64,000 bases of DNA from contig CBDCQT010000010.1 in NCBI GenBank assembly GCA_965220745.1, positions 640,001 to 704,000 on the forward strand, in the 5' to 3' direction. This document shows, in pieces, positions 9,783 to 19,933 of this stretch (within the stretch, counting starts at the first letter, position 1; every line of letters starts with the position of its first letter). Source of the stretch: Alphaproteobacteria bacterium. Its GTDB lineage: Bacteria > Pseudomonadota > Alphaproteobacteria > UBA828. A program made the position numbers and the translations under genes. The notes below the pieces were generated by a model. The model saw nothing but the letters and a program-made list of their open reading frames with translations. It was not told the origin of the DNA and did no database searches.

Positions 9783-10040
9783 CCCCGGACGATGGTGCGG
9801 TGCAGGGGGTGAGGCGCTTGGGTCAGGATCGCCGCATGGACTGAGGGAGCGAACAGGTTGGCGCAGGCCGAGGACGGCTGAGCGCGCGGTCGTCGCTTGT
9901 GCGTTCAGGGTCACTTATCAGGGCCCGCGACCCATGCCCTCTACGCCCGCGACCTTCCCAGGCTCGGGCGACTCAGGCGTGCGCGACTCAGGCGCGGGCG
10001 ACATCCCGCCTAATCCCGGCTTGTCCCGCCTCAATAATTT
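9783..10040 (+). repeat. Dispersed element, copy A (decayed): conserved 5' motif, 15-bp tandem repeat and 10-bp repeats
   Basis: CCCCGGACGATGGTGCGGTGCA-N31-ATG; GCGACTCAGGCG twice (9968-9994); ACATCCCGCC/TAATCCCGGC/TTGTCCCGCC/TCAATAA (10001-10037). Confidence 0.6.
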
Positions 10041-10166
10041 GATGTGCGTCCCACGGGCCAGGCCGAGGCGCCGCCCCCGCCCGCTCCCCACCGCCGCGCG
10101 CCCTTCCGCCGGCGCGGCATCTGCGCCATGATCCCGCGCACACACGCCACGGATGGGGAGAGGGTC

Positions 10167-10931
10167 ATGGCCAAGATACTCGTAATCGTTCCCTTCGCCT
10201 TCGACGAGAAGGGGCTCGCGAACCGGCGCTCGCAGCTGGATTCGGTCTCGTTCGGCCCGGACATCGAGTTCGACTTCCGGGGCGTCAAGGCGGGGCCGGC
10301 GCTGCTCGACTGCTACCACGACTACAGCATGGCCGACATCTCGCTGTTCGAAGCGGGCCTCACGGCCCAGGAGGACGGCTACGACGCCGTCTGCATCGAC
10401 ACCATGAGCGATTCCGGCATGAACGCCATGCGCTCGGTGCTCGACATCCCGGTGATCGGGCCGGGGCGGGCCTCCTACATGATGGCGCTCATGCTCTGCA
10501 ACCGCTTCTCGGTGGTGACCCAGTGGGACGGCTGGATCCCCCTCTACAAGAAGAGCAGCGTGGAATACGGCGTCGCCGACCGCTTGGCCTCCGTCCGCTC
10601 CATCAACGTGATGCCGGATGTCGAGAACCTGCTGGGCGGCAAGGAGGAGGTGGTCTTCCCCAAGCTGGTGGAGTGCTCCACGCGCTGCATCGAGGACGAC
10701 GGCGCCGAGGCGATTCTGCTCGGCTCCACCACCATGCACCAGGCGCACGGCCACATGGCCGAGAACCTGCCGGTGCCGGTCATCAACCCCGGCCCGCTCA
10801 CATACAAGCTCGCCGAATGCGTGCTGGGCCTGGGGCTGAGCCACAGCCGCAAGGCCTATCCCAGCCCGACCGTGCCGAAGCCCGCCATGGTCCACGCCAT
10901 GATGGACGGTGCTGCGACCGTCGCCGACTGA
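10167..10931 (+). CDS. Asp/Glu/hydantoin racemase family protein (allantoin racemase-like)
   Basis: EDGYDAVCIDTMSDSG...LDIPVIGPG, GAEAILLGSTTM, PVPVINPG. Confidence 0.8.
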   Translation: MAKILVIVPFAFDEKGLANRRSQLDSVSFGPDIEFDFRGVKAGPALLDCYHDYSMADISLFEAGLTAQEDGYDAVCIDTMSDSGMNAMRSVLDIPVIGPGRASYMMALMLCNRFSVVTQWDGWIPLYKKSSVEYGVADRLASVRSINVMPDVENLLGGKEEVVFPKLVECSTRCIEDDGAEAILLGSTTMHQAHGHMAENLPVPVINPGPLTYKLAECVLGLGLSHSRKAYPSPTVPKPAMVHAMMDGAATVAD

Positions 10932-10946
10932 CGAGGGGAGAACACC

Positions 10947-11738
10947 ATGGCCGGACGGCTGGCAGGCCGCGTCGCGCTCATCACCGGCGCCGCGAGGGGC
11001 CTCGGCGCTGCAATGGCGCGCGGGATGGCGGCGGAGGGCGCGCCGGTCGCGCTTAGCGACATCGACAAGGAGGGGGGCGAGGCGCTCGCGGCAGAGCTCG
11101 AGGCCGGCGGCGCCGAGACCATGTTCATCACCCTCGACACGACCAGGGAGGCCGATTGGGAGGCCGCGATCCCAGCGGTGATCGATCGCTTCGGCGGCCT
11201 CGACATTCTCGTCAACAACGCGGGCGTCGTCGTCGTCGAGCCGGTCGACGCGATTACGGTGGAAAGCTGGCAGAAGACCATGTCGGTCAACCTCGACGGC
11301 GTCTTCCTCGGCACCAAGCACGGCATGGCCGCGATGCGCGCGGGCGGCTCGATCATCAACATCTCCTCGATCATGGGCTTTACGGCCACGCCAGAGCTCA
11401 CCGCCTATTGCGCGAGCAAGGGGGCGGTCAGGCTCTTCACCAAAGGGGCGGCGCTGGACGGCGCCAAGGACGAACGCCGCATCCGGGTGAATTCGATTCA
11501 TCCCGGCTACATCCATACCGAAATGATGGAGGCCACCTGCTACAGCGAGTACGGCAGCCTCGAAGCGGGCATCGAGGCACTCGCCAAGCGCCACCCCATC
11601 GGGCGCGTGGGCAAGCCGGAGGACATCGCCAACGGCGCGATCTTCCTCGCGTCCGAGGAATCGAGCTTCATCACCGGCACTGAGCTGGTGATCGACGGCG
11701 GCTTCCTGGCGGTGGGCGGCTACGGCGTCCATCCGTAG
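10947..11738 (+). CDS. Classical SDR oxidoreductase (hydroxysteroid/cyclic alcohol dehydrogenase-like), paralog 1
   Basis: TGAARGLG, NNAG, YCASK, RVNSIHPG, DGG. Confidence 0.88.
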   Translation: MAGRLAGRVALITGAARGLGAAMARGMAAEGAPVALSDIDKEGGEALAAELEAGGAETMFITLDTTREADWEAAIPAVIDRFGGLDILVNNAGVVVVEPVDAITVESWQKTMSVNLDGVFLGTKHGMAAMRAGGSIINISSIMGFTATPELTAYCASKGAVRLFTKGAALDGAKDERRIRVNSIHPGYIHTEMMEATCYSEYGSLEAGIEALAKRHPIGRVGKPEDIANGAIFLASEESSFITGTELVIDGGFLAVGGYGVHP

Positions 11739-11792
11739 GCGGAGCAGCGCATAGCCCCTGTCATCATTCTTCAGGGAGATCGAAAAGGAACA

Positions 11793-11906
11793 CCCCCTCC
11801 TCATCTCGGCCTCTCCTCCCCCGCCGGGAGGAGAGGGAGAGAAATCCGGCGCTACCTACGTCCCCCCTCCGCCCTTCCGGGGGGAGGGGGACAGGGGGAG
11901 GTGGGG
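11793..11906. repeat. Inverted pair of alphaproteobacterial REP-like palindromic units between the duplicated SDRs
   Basis: CCTCTCCTCCC-ccgcc-GGGAGGAGAGG hairpin, followed by an oppositely oriented CCCCCTCCgCCC-ttcc-GGGGGGAGGGGG...GGGGAGG unit. Confidence 0.55.
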
Positions 11907-11941
11907 CGACCGTCGACAATTGACGAGAGGAGAAGCAGAGA

Positions 11942-12733
11942 ATGGCAGGACGACTGGAAGGCCGCGTCGCGCTCATCACCGGTGCCGGGAGGGGCCTCGG
12001 CGCAGCAATGGCGCGCGGGATGGCGGCGGAGGGCGCGCCGGTCGCGCTCAGCGATATCGATGAGGAAGGCGGCAAGGCGCTCGCAACGGAGCTTGGGGCC
12101 GGCGGCGCCGAGGCCATGTTCATCACCCTGGACACGACCAAGGAGGCCGATTGGGAAGCCGCGATCCCGGCCGTGATCGATCGCTTCGGCGGGCTCGACA
12201 TTCTCGTCAACAACGCGGGCGTCGGCATCGTCGAGCCGCTCGACGTGGTCACGCTGGAAAGCTGGCACAAGACCATGTCGGTCAACGTCGACGGCGTATT
12301 CCTCGGCACTAAGCACGGCATGGCCGCGATGCGCGCGGGCGGTTCGATCATCAACCTTTCCTCGATCCTGGGCTTTACGAGCATTCCGGCTCTCTCGGCC
12401 TACAGCGCGAGCAAGGGGGCAGTCAGACTCTTCACCAAGGCTGCGGCGCTGGACGGCGCCAAGGACGAACGCCGCATCCGGGTGAACTCGATTCACCCCG
12501 GCTACATCCATACCGAGATGATGGAAGCCACCTGCTACCGCGACTACGGCAGCCTGGAAGCGGGGATCGAGGCGCTCGCCAAGCAGCACCCCATCGGGCG
12601 CGTGGGCAAGCCGGAGGACATCGCCAACGGCGCGATCTTCCTCGCCTCGGAAGAGTCGAGCTTCATCACCGGCACGGAGCTTGTGATCGACGGCGGCTAC
12701 CTGGCGGTAGGCGGATACGACGTCCATCCGTAG
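11942..12733 (+). CDS. Classical SDR oxidoreductase, paralog 2 (tandem duplicate)
   Basis: TGAGRGLG, NNAG, YSASK; same length (263 aa) as paralog 1 with about 29 substitutions by manual count. Confidence 0.88.
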   Translation: MAGRLEGRVALITGAGRGLGAAMARGMAAEGAPVALSDIDEEGGKALATELGAGGAEAMFITLDTTKEADWEAAIPAVIDRFGGLDILVNNAGVGIVEPLDVVTLESWHKTMSVNVDGVFLGTKHGMAAMRAGGSIINLSSILGFTSIPALSAYSASKGAVRLFTKAAALDGAKDERRIRVNSIHPGYIHTEMMEATCYRDYGSLEAGIEALAKQHPIGRVGKPEDIANGAIFLASEESSFITGTELVIDGGYLAVGGYDVHP

Positions 12734-12820
12734 GAATACCTGCATTGGTCCGGCTTTGTCTGGGTTGTTCCGGACCGATCCGGCGCGCGACAACATCCTG
12801 AGACAAATGGAGAGACTGCG

Positions 12821-13837
12821 ATGAACGCGACCATCAATCGGCAGGTCAGGCTCGCGGCGCGGCCGGTGGGCATGCCGAAGGCAAGTGACTTCTCGCTGGC
12901 CGAGGAGCCGGCGCCCGAGCCCCGCCAGGGCCAAGCACTAGTGCGCGTGCTCTCGCTCTCGCTCGATCCCTACATGCGCGGGCGGATGAGCGACGCGAAA
13001 TCCTACGCAGCGCCGGTCGGCATCGGCGACGTGATGACCGGCGGCGCCGTGGGCGAGGTCGTGCGCTCGGAGACCGGGGGCCTCAAGGAAGGCGACCTGG
13101 TCGAGGGCATGTTCGGCTGGCAGGAATACGCGCTCTGCACGCGCGGCACCGCGCGGGTGCTGCCGGAGTCCGGCCATCCGCCCTCCTACGCCCTCGGCAT
13201 CCTCGGCATGCCGGGCGCCACCGCGTACTTTGGCCTGTTGGAGGTGGGACAGCCGCACCCCGGCGACACGGTGGTGGTCTCGGCGGCCTCGGGCGCGGTG
13301 GGCGCCGCGGTGGGGCAGATCGCCAAGATCGGCGGCTGCCGGGTGGTCGGCACGGTGGGCAGCGACGAGAAGGCGGCCTACATCACGGACGGGCTGGGCT
13401 TCGACGCCGCGATCAACTACCGCACGGCGAACGACATCGGCGCGGCGCTGGACGAAGCCTGCCCCGGCGGCATCGATGTCTACTTCGACAACGTGGGCGG
13501 CCCGATGACCGACGCGGTGATGCAACGCCTCGCCTTCAAGGCGCGCGTCGTGGTCTGCGGCTGCATCCACCACTACAACCTGACCGAGCCCTACCTCGGG
13601 CCGAGCCATCTGCGCCACATCCTCGTCAACCGGGCGCGGGTCGAGGGTTTCCTGGTGTTCGACTGGCTGGCCCGCTACCCGGAGGCGTTCGCGCGGCTCA
13701 CGGCGTGGCTCGACGACGGCTCCATGACCTACAGGGAGCACGTGATCGAGGGGCTGGAGAACGCGCCCGAAGGGCTCGGGATGCTGTTCGAGGGGCGCAA
13801 CTTCGGCAAGCTCGTGGTCAAGGTGGCGGAGCGCTGA
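12821..13837 (+). CDS. NADP-dependent oxidoreductase (CurA/PTGR-like, MDR family)
   Basis: SLDPYMRGRM, LGMPGATAYFGL, SAASGAVG, YFDNVGG, GRNFGKLVV. Confidence 0.88.
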   Translation: MNATINRQVRLAARPVGMPKASDFSLAEEPAPEPRQGQALVRVLSLSLDPYMRGRMSDAKSYAAPVGIGDVMTGGAVGEVVRSETGGLKEGDLVEGMFGWQEYALCTRGTARVLPESGHPPSYALGILGMPGATAYFGLLEVGQPHPGDTVVVSAASGAVGAAVGQIAKIGGCRVVGTVGSDEKAAYITDGLGFDAAINYRTANDIGAALDEACPGGIDVYFDNVGGPMTDAVMQRLAFKARVVVCGCIHHYNLTEPYLGPSHLRHILVNRARVEGFLVFDWLARYPEAFARLTAWLDDGSMTYREHVIEGLENAPEGLGMLFEGRNFGKLVVKVAER

Positions 13838-13841
13838 CGCC

Positions 13842-14933
13842 ATGGCCCAAGCGGGGGTCAGCGCGCCGGAAGCGACCGTCTGCGTCCTGATCGAGGACAT
13901 CTTCGGAGCGTTGGGCTTCGCCGCGGACGAGCGCGCGATTCTGACCGAGACCCTGCTGGAGGCGAGCCGCGAGGGCTATCACTCCCACGGGGTGATGCGC
14001 ATTCCCACCTTCGCCGAGGACACCAGGGCAGGGATGATCGCGCCGGCGGTGGCGCCGGTCGTGGTGCACGAGACGGCGGCGGCGGCGATGATCAATGCGC
14101 GGCGCTGTCTCGGTCCCGCCTCCTGTGTTTTCGCGGTGGAGCAAGCTGTGGCCAAGGCGCGGGCTCAAGGCATCGGCTGCGCGGCGGTGCGCAACGGCAA
14201 CGACGTGGCCCGCCTCGGCGCCTACGTCGGCGGGCCGGCACGCGCGGGGCTGATGACCCTGCTGCTGGTGAACGATGCTGGCGGCGGCGCCTGCGTCGCG
14301 CCCTTCGGCAGCGCGGCGCCCTTCCTCAGCACCAACCCGCTCGCCTGCGGCATCCCGCGCGCGGCGGGCGAGCCGCCGCTGGTGATCGACCTCTCCACCT
14401 CGATCACGGCGCTCGGCAAGATCCGGATGGCTGCGAACCAGGGCGAGGCCGTGCCGGAAGGCTGGCTGATCGACCGCGAGGGCCGTCCGACCACGGAGCC
14501 TGCCGGCTTCTTCGAGTCGCCGCGCAGCGCCTCTTTGCTGCCGCTGGGCGGCTTGGCCGACGGCCACAAGGGCTTCCTGCTCAGCCTGATCGTCGAGGCC
14601 TTTGCGGGTGCGCTCGCTGGCGCCGGCATGAGCCGGGGCAACGAGAACGAGGACCAGGGCAACGGCCTCTTCGTGCTCGCCGCCGACCCGCAGGCGCTCG
14701 GCAGGGGCGCGGAGTTCGTGCGCATGATGGAGGCGTTCGTCGCCGGGCTGGAGGCGCTGCCGCCGGCCGAGGGCGGCGCGGGCGTGCGCCTCCCCGGCGC
14801 GCGGGCGGGTGGCGGGCCCGGCGGCCCCTACCCCATCGATGGCCCGACATGGGCGCGGATCGTGGCGATCCTGGACGCGCTCTCGCTCGGCGACGACTAC
14901 GACGTGACGCCGGCGGCAGGTGGGGAGCAATAA
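13842..14933 (+). CDS. Ldh_2 family (malate/L-lactate/ureidoglycolate) dehydrogenase
   Basis: [30 protein letters not shown]...HKGF. Confidence 0.82.
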   Translation: MAQAGVSAPEATVCVLIEDIFGALGFAADERAILTETLLEASREGYHSHGVMRIPTFAEDTRAGMIAPAVAPVVVHETAAAAMINARRCLGPASCVFAVEQAVAKARAQGIGCAAVRNGNDVARLGAYVGGPARAGLMTLLLVNDAGGGACVAPFGSAAPFLSTNPLACGIPRAAGEPPLVIDLSTSITALGKIRMAANQGEAVPEGWLIDREGRPTTEPAGFFESPRSASLLPLGGLADGHKGFLLSLIVEAFAGALAGAGMSRGNENEDQGNGLFVLAADPQALGRGAEFVRMMEAFVAGLEALPPAEGGAGVRLPGARAGGGPGGPYPIDGPTWARIVAILDALSLGDDYDVTPAAGGEQ

Positions 14934-14938
14934 CCCCC

Positions 14939-15790
14939 GTGGTCGATCCGGGCGACGAAGCGGCGCGGCAAGAGCGGGCGCGGGTCTGGTTTGAGGCGCT
15001 GCGGGACGAGATCTGCGCCGCCTTCGAGGCGATCGAGGATGAAGCCGAGACCGCGGGCGCCCGCCCCGGCCGCTTCGAGCGCAAGCCTTGGGAGCGGCCC
15101 GGCGGTGGCGGCGGCGTGATGTCGCTCATGCGGGGCCGGGTGTTCGAGAAGGTGGGCGTCAACGTCTCCACCGTCCACGGCACGTTCTCCGAAAGCTTTC
15201 GCCAGAAGATCGCCGGCGCTGCGGACGACGGCCGCTTCTGGGCGAGCGGCATCTCCGTCGTGGCCCACATGCGCTCGCCGCTGGTGCCGGCGGTCCACAT
15301 GAACACGCGATATATCGTCACCAGCACATGGTGGTTCGGCGGCGGCAGCGATCTCACGCCCACCTACCCGGACGAGCGCGACACGGCTGACTTCCACGGG
15401 GCGCTGGAACAAGCCTGCGCGCGCCACGACGCCGACTACTATCCGCGCTTCAAGGCCTGGTGCGATCGCTATTTCTACTTGCCTCACCGGGAGGAGGCGC
15501 GCGGCATCGGCGGCATCTTCTACGACGATCTCAATACCGGCGATTGGGCGGCGGATTTCGCCTTCACCCAGGATGTCGGCCGCGCCTTCCTCGACATCTA
15601 TCCGAAGCTCGTGCGCCGCCGCATGGACGAACCCTGGACCGAGGACCAGCGCGCACACCAGCTCGCGCGCCGCGGCCGCTACGTCGAGTTCAACCTGCTC
15701 TACGATCGCGGCACGCGCTTCGGGCTGGAGACCGGCGGCAACACCGAGGCGATCCTGATGTCGCTGCCGCCCGAGGTGCTCTGGCCCTGA
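14939..15790 (+). CDS. hemF: Oxygen-dependent coproporphyrinogen III oxidase
   Basis: [60 protein letters not shown]. Confidence 0.95.
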   Translation: MVDPGDEAARQERARVWFEALRDEICAAFEAIEDEAETAGARPGRFERKPWERPGGGGGVMSLMRGRVFEKVGVNVSTVHGTFSESFRQKIAGAADDGRFWASGISVVAHMRSPLVPAVHMNTRYIVTSTWWFGGGSDLTPTYPDERDTADFHGALEQACARHDADYYPRFKAWCDRYFYLPHREEARGIGGIFYDDLNTGDWAADFAFTQDVGRAFLDIYPKLVRRRMDEPWTEDQRAHQLARRGRYVEFNLLYDRGTRFGLETGGNTEAILMSLPPEVLWP

Positions 15791-15844
15791 GCGGCGGCCG
15801 GCGCGGCTCTTGCCGGTTTCGCCCCGCCCTCGTAGCGTAATCGC

Positions 15845-17134
15845 ATGCAGGAAGCGGAAAACGGGGGCGGAGCGGACGCCGCAGCGCTGCGCGGCAGGCG
15901 CATCCTGCTCGTGATCGCGGGCGGCATCGCTGCCTACAAGTGCCTCGACCTGATCCGGCGGCTCCGGGAGAACGGGGCGCACGTGCGCTGTATCCTGACG
16001 CGCGCCGGGGCCGAGTTCGTCACGCCGCTCTCGGTCGAGACCCTGGCTGGGCAAGCGGTCTACACCGACACGCTCGCGCTCACCGCCGAAAGCGAGATCG
16101 CCCACATCGGGCTGGGGCAGGAGGCCGACATCGTGGTGGTGGCGCCCGCGACCGCCGCCATCATGGCCAAGATGGCCCACGGCATCGCCGACGACCTCGC
16201 GACCTCGACCCTGATCGCGGCGGACAAGCCGGTGCTCGTCGCGCCCGCCATGAACACGCGCATGTGGCAGCACCCCGCAACCGAACGCAACCGCGCGCGG
16301 CTGGAGGCCGACGGCGTCGCCTTCGTCGGCCCCAACGACGGCCCGCTGGCGGAGGGCGAGAGCGGCCCCGGCCGCATGGCCGAGGTGCCGGAGATCGTGG
16401 CCGCCATCGCCGACGTTCTGGCCGCCCGCTCCGGCTCCCTCGCCGGCCTGCGGGTCTTGGTCACCAGCGGCCCGACCTACGAGCCCATCGACCCGGTGCG
16501 CTTCCTCGGCAACCGCTCGTCGGGCAAGCAGGGCCACGCCATCGCCGCCGCTTGCGCCGAGGCGGGCGCCGACGTGCTGCTCGTCTCGGGCCCGACCGCC
16601 GAGGCAGCGCCAGAAGGGGTCGAGACGGTGCGCATCGGGACGGCCAAGGAGATGTTGGCCGCCTGCGAACAGGGACTCCCTGCCGACATCGCCATTTGTG
16701 CGGCGGCGGTTTCGGACTGGCGCGCGGCGGCGCCCCAAGACCAGAAGATCAAGAAGCCCCGAAGGGGCGAGGGACAGGGCGACGGCGCTCCTACGCTGGA
16801 GCTCACGGAGAACCCGGACATTCTGGCCACGCTCAGTGCCGCCGGCCCAAAGCGTCCTCGCCTGGTGATCGGCTTCGCCGCCGAGACCGAGGACGTCGAA
16901 GCCAACGCCGCCGCCAAGCTCACGGCCAAGGGCTGCGACTGGATCCTCGCCAATCAGGTGGCGGAGGGCGCGGTCTTCGGCGACGACGAGAATGTCATCC
17001 ACCTGCTCACGCACGCCGAGGAAAGCGGGGCGCCTGCGGTGGAGCGGTGGCCGCGCATGAGCAAGGCCAAGGTCGCCGCGCGGCTGGTCCAGCGCATCGC
17101 CGAAGCGCTCTCCTCGGACGCTGAGACGGCATGA
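15845..17134 (+). CDS. coaBC: Phosphopantothenoylcysteine decarboxylase/ligase
   Basis: [46 protein letters not shown]. Confidence 0.95.
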   Translation: MQEAENGGGADAAALRGRRILLVIAGGIAAYKCLDLIRRLRENGAHVRCILTRAGAEFVTPLSVETLAGQAVYTDTLALTAESEIAHIGLGQEADIVVVAPATAAIMAKMAHGIADDLATSTLIAADKPVLVAPAMNTRMWQHPATERNRARLEADGVAFVGPNDGPLAEGESGPGRMAEVPEIVAAIADVLAARSGSLAGLRVLVTSGPTYEPIDPVRFLGNRSSGKQGHAIAAACAEAGADVLLVSGPTAEAAPEGVETVRIGTAKEMLAACEQGLPADIAICAAAVSDWRAAAPQDQKIKKPRRGEGQGDGAPTLELTENPDILATLSAAGPKRPRLVIGFAAETEDVEANAAAKLTAKGCDWILANQVAEGAVFGDDENVIHLLTHAEESGAPAVERWPRMSKAKVAARLVQRIAEALSSDAETA

Positions 17135-17619
17135 GCGCGCCGGTGGAGACACCGGTCGAGATCACGGTCCAGCGCCTCGCCCACGCACAGGACTTGCCGC
17201 TGCCGAGCTACGCAAGCGCGGGCAGCGCCGGCCTCGATCTTTACGCCGCCGTAGGCCCGCTCACGCTTGCGCCAGGCGCCCGCGCCCTGGTCGGGACCGG
17301 GCTGGCGCTGGCGCTTCCGGAGGGCTTCGAGGGCCAGATCAGACCGCGCTCCGGCCTCGCGCTCAAGCACGGCGTGACCGTGCTCAACGCCCCCGGCACC
17401 ATCGATTCCGACTATCGCGGCGAAATCGGCGTGCTGCTGGTCAATTGGGGCGGTGCCCCGTTCGTCGTCGAGCGCGGCATGCGCATCGCCCAGCTCGTGA
17501 TCTCGTCGGTCTGCCGCGCGCGTCTGGTGGAGGACGAGGTGCCGCCCAGCGGCAGGGGCGCCGGCGGCTTCGGCTCGACCGGGCTGGGCCTGGAGAGCGA
17601 AGACGGCTCACGGGAATGA
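17131..17619 (+). CDS. dut: dUTP diphosphatase
   Basis: [35 protein letters not shown]. Confidence 0.96.
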   Translation: MSAPVETPVEITVQRLAHAQDLPLPSYASAGSAGLDLYAAVGPLTLAPGARALVGTGLALALPEGFEGQIRPRSGLALKHGVTVLNAPGTIDSDYRGEIGVLLVNWGGAPFVVERGMRIAQLVISSVCRARLVEDEVPPSGRGAGGFGSTGLGLESEDGSRE

Positions 17620-17707
17620 GCGAACGCCGTTGATCGCGTTCGTCCCGCATTGCACAATGGCTTGCCGGTACCGGAGAGCGCCGGGCCGGCCATGAAGGGG
17701 GACAAGC

Positions 17708-17980
17708 ATGACGATGAGGCGCAGAGGTCGGTTTGGTGTCGGTGCCGTGCTGTCCATGGCGTTTGTCGCAGGCTTGGCGGTGGCGGCGTTCACGAGCCAT
17801 CCCGGCGGCGAGGCGCTCGCGGACGACGCGCAACTCGAGTTGGTCTCGATCGAGGCGGAGGGCGGCAAGACTCAGTCGAGCGTCGACCAGTCCGACGCCA
17901 CACACGTTGCGTCTACGGTCCTCGACGAGGACGCAACCCCGAAGGTCAAGAAGAGAGGCTGCTCTATAGCCGCCAAGTGA
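17708..17980 (+). CDS. Small secreted or membrane-anchored hypothetical protein (90 aa)
   Basis: GAAGGGG RBS; basic N-terminus, hydrophobic helix and A-L-A cleavage-like site; acidic middle, basic C-terminus with a single Cys. Confidence 0.5.
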   Translation: MTMRRRGRFGVGAVLSMAFVAGLAVAAFTSHPGGEALADDAQLELVSIEAEGGKTQSSVDQSDATHVASTVLDEDATPKVKKRGCSIAAK

Positions 17981-18097
17981 TACGCCGGGCGGTGAGTTAC
18001 CGCCGGCCGCACTAGCGCGTCTGCTCGGCTCCCCTCGCTGGCCGGTTGGACGGCGAGGCGACCGCAAGGCTGCATGAGCGAGCGATCCGAGCGGACC

Positions 18098-19099
18098 ATG
18101 GCACGAGACCACCCGGACGAGGCTGCAGCCCCCGCCGTCACGGCGCCGCCGCCAGCGGTGCGCGGGCGCATCTACGACAGCATCGCGGAGACCATCGGCT
18201 CGACACCGCTGGTGCGCTTCAACCGCTTGCCCGCCGAGGTCGGCTGCGGCGCCGAGATCGTCGGCAAGCTGGAATTCTTCAACCCCCTCGCCTCGGTCAA
18301 GGACCGCATCGGCGTCTCCATGATCGAGGCGGCGGAGGCGGAGGGCAGGATCGAGCCCGGCCGCTCGGTGCTGGTCGAACCCACCTCGGGCAACACCGGA
18401 ATCGCTCTGGCCTTCGTGGCGGCGGCCAAGGGCTACCGGCTGATCCTCACCATGCCGGAGAGCATGTCCATTGAGCGCCGCCGTATCCTCCTGTTTATGG
18501 GCGCTGAGCTGGAGCTGACCCCGGCGGCCAAGGGCATCCCCGGCGCGCTGGCGCGCGCCGAAGAGCTGGTCGACGAAATCGACGGCGCCGTGATGCTCCA
18601 GCAGTTCGAGAACCCCGCGAACCCGGCGATCCACCGCGTCACCACGGCCGAGGAGATCTGGCGCGATACCGGTGGTGTTCTGGACGCCATCGTCTGCGGC
18701 GTCGGCACCGGCGGCACGGTGACCGGCATCGGCCAGGTGCTGAAGCCGCGCCTGCCGGCGCTCAAGCTGATCGGGGTCGAGCCCGCGGCGAGCGCCGTGC
18801 TTTCCGGCGCACCGGCGGGCCCGCACAAGATTCAGGGCATCGGCGCGGGTTTCGTGCCGGGCGTGCTTGACCGCTCGGTGATCGACGAGTTGTTGCAGAT
18901 CAGCGACGAGACCGCCATGGAGACCGCCCGGCGGGTAGCGCGGCTGGAAGGCATCCCGGTGGGCATCTCGTCGGGCGCCGCCATCGCGGCTGCGCTCCAG
19001 GTCGGCGCGCGCGCGGAGATGGCGGGCAAGCGCATTCTCGTCATCGTGCCTTCCTTCGCCGAGCGCTACCTCTCCACCGACCTCTTCGCCGGGCTGTAA
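18098..19099 (+). CDS. cysK: Cysteine synthase A
   Basis: [55 protein letters not shown]. Confidence 0.95.
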   Translation: MARDHPDEAAAPAVTAPPPAVRGRIYDSIAETIGSTPLVRFNRLPAEVGCGAEIVGKLEFFNPLASVKDRIGVSMIEAAEAEGRIEPGRSVLVEPTSGNTGIALAFVAAAKGYRLILTMPESMSIERRRILLFMGAELELTPAAKGIPGALARAEELVDEIDGAVMLQQFENPANPAIHRVTTAEEIWRDTGGVLDAIVCGVGTGGTVTGIGQVLKPRLPALKLIGVEPAASAVLSGAPAGPHKIQGIGAGFVPGVLDRSVIDELLQISDETAMETARRVARLEGIPVGISSGAAIAAALQVGARAEMAGKRILVIVPSFAERYLSTDLFAGL

Positions 19100-19105
19100 G
19101 GCGCC

Positions 19106-19921
19106 ATGTTCAACGAACGTCAGCTGGAGCGTTATGCCCGCCACATCCTGCTGCAGGAGGTCGGCGGGCCGGGCCAGCAGAAGCTACTGGACTCCAAGGT
19201 GCTGGTAGTGGGCGCCGGCGGGCTCGGCTCCCCGCTCATGCTCTATCTCGCGGCGGCGGGCGTCGGCACTATCGGCGTGGTCGACGACGATGCGGTGGCG
19301 CTCTCCAACCTGCAGCGGCAGATCGCCCACACCGAGGCGCGTATCGGCCATCCCAAGACCGAGAGCGCGGCCGAGACCGTGGCGCGGATCAACCCGGACG
19401 TGACGGTCGAGTGCCATCCGGTGCGCCTCGCCACGGACAACGCCATGGACTTGATCGGGCGCTACGACCTGGTCGCCGACGGCAGCGACAACTTCGCGAC
19501 GCGCTTCCTTATCAACGATGCCTGCTACCTGTCGCAGACCACCCTGGTCTCGGCCTCGATCCTGCGCTTCGACGGCCAGCTTGCGACCTTCAAGGCCCAT
19601 CTCGCGGGCGACAATCCCTGCTACCGCTGCATCTTTCCCGAGGCGCCGCCGCCGGGGCTGATCCCCTCGTGCGCGGAGGGCGGCATCCTGGGCGCCGTCG
19701 CGGGCTCCATGGGCTCGCTACAGGCGACCGAGGTGCTGAAGGAACTGCTCGGGATCGGCGAGAGCCTCTCCGGCAGCCTGATCGTCTACGACGGGCTCGC
19801 CGCAATCTTCCGCAAGATCAAGGTGAAGCCGGACCCGGCGTGCGCGCTCTGCGGCGAGCGGCCCAGCATCGTCGACCTTTCCGGCGCCGACAGCACGGAC
19901 GCGGACTACTGCGCGGCCTGA
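19106..19921 (+). CDS. moeB: MoeB/ThiF family adenylyltransferase
   Basis: RYARHILL, GAGGLG, SNLQRQ, DGSDNF, CYRC, SCAEGG, CALC. Confidence 0.88.
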   Translation: MFNERQLERYARHILLQEVGGPGQQKLLDSKVLVVGAGGLGSPLMLYLAAAGVGTIGVVDDDAVALSNLQRQIAHTEARIGHPKTESAAETVARINPDVTVECHPVRLATDNAMDLIGRYDLVADGSDNFATRFLINDACYLSQTTLVSASILRFDGQLATFKAHLAGDNPCYRCIFPEAPPPGLIPSCAEGGILGAVAGSMGSLQATEVLKELLGIGESLSGSLIVYDGLAAIFRKIKVKPDPACALCGERPSIVDLSGADSTDADYCAA

Positions 19922-19933
19922 ACGCCGCCTCGC

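Noticed and set aside
14849-14938. Longer hemF start or an ATA start overlapping the upstream stop
   Set aside because: It overlaps the Ldh_2 gene; the GTG at 14939 fits the GGAG RBS adequately.
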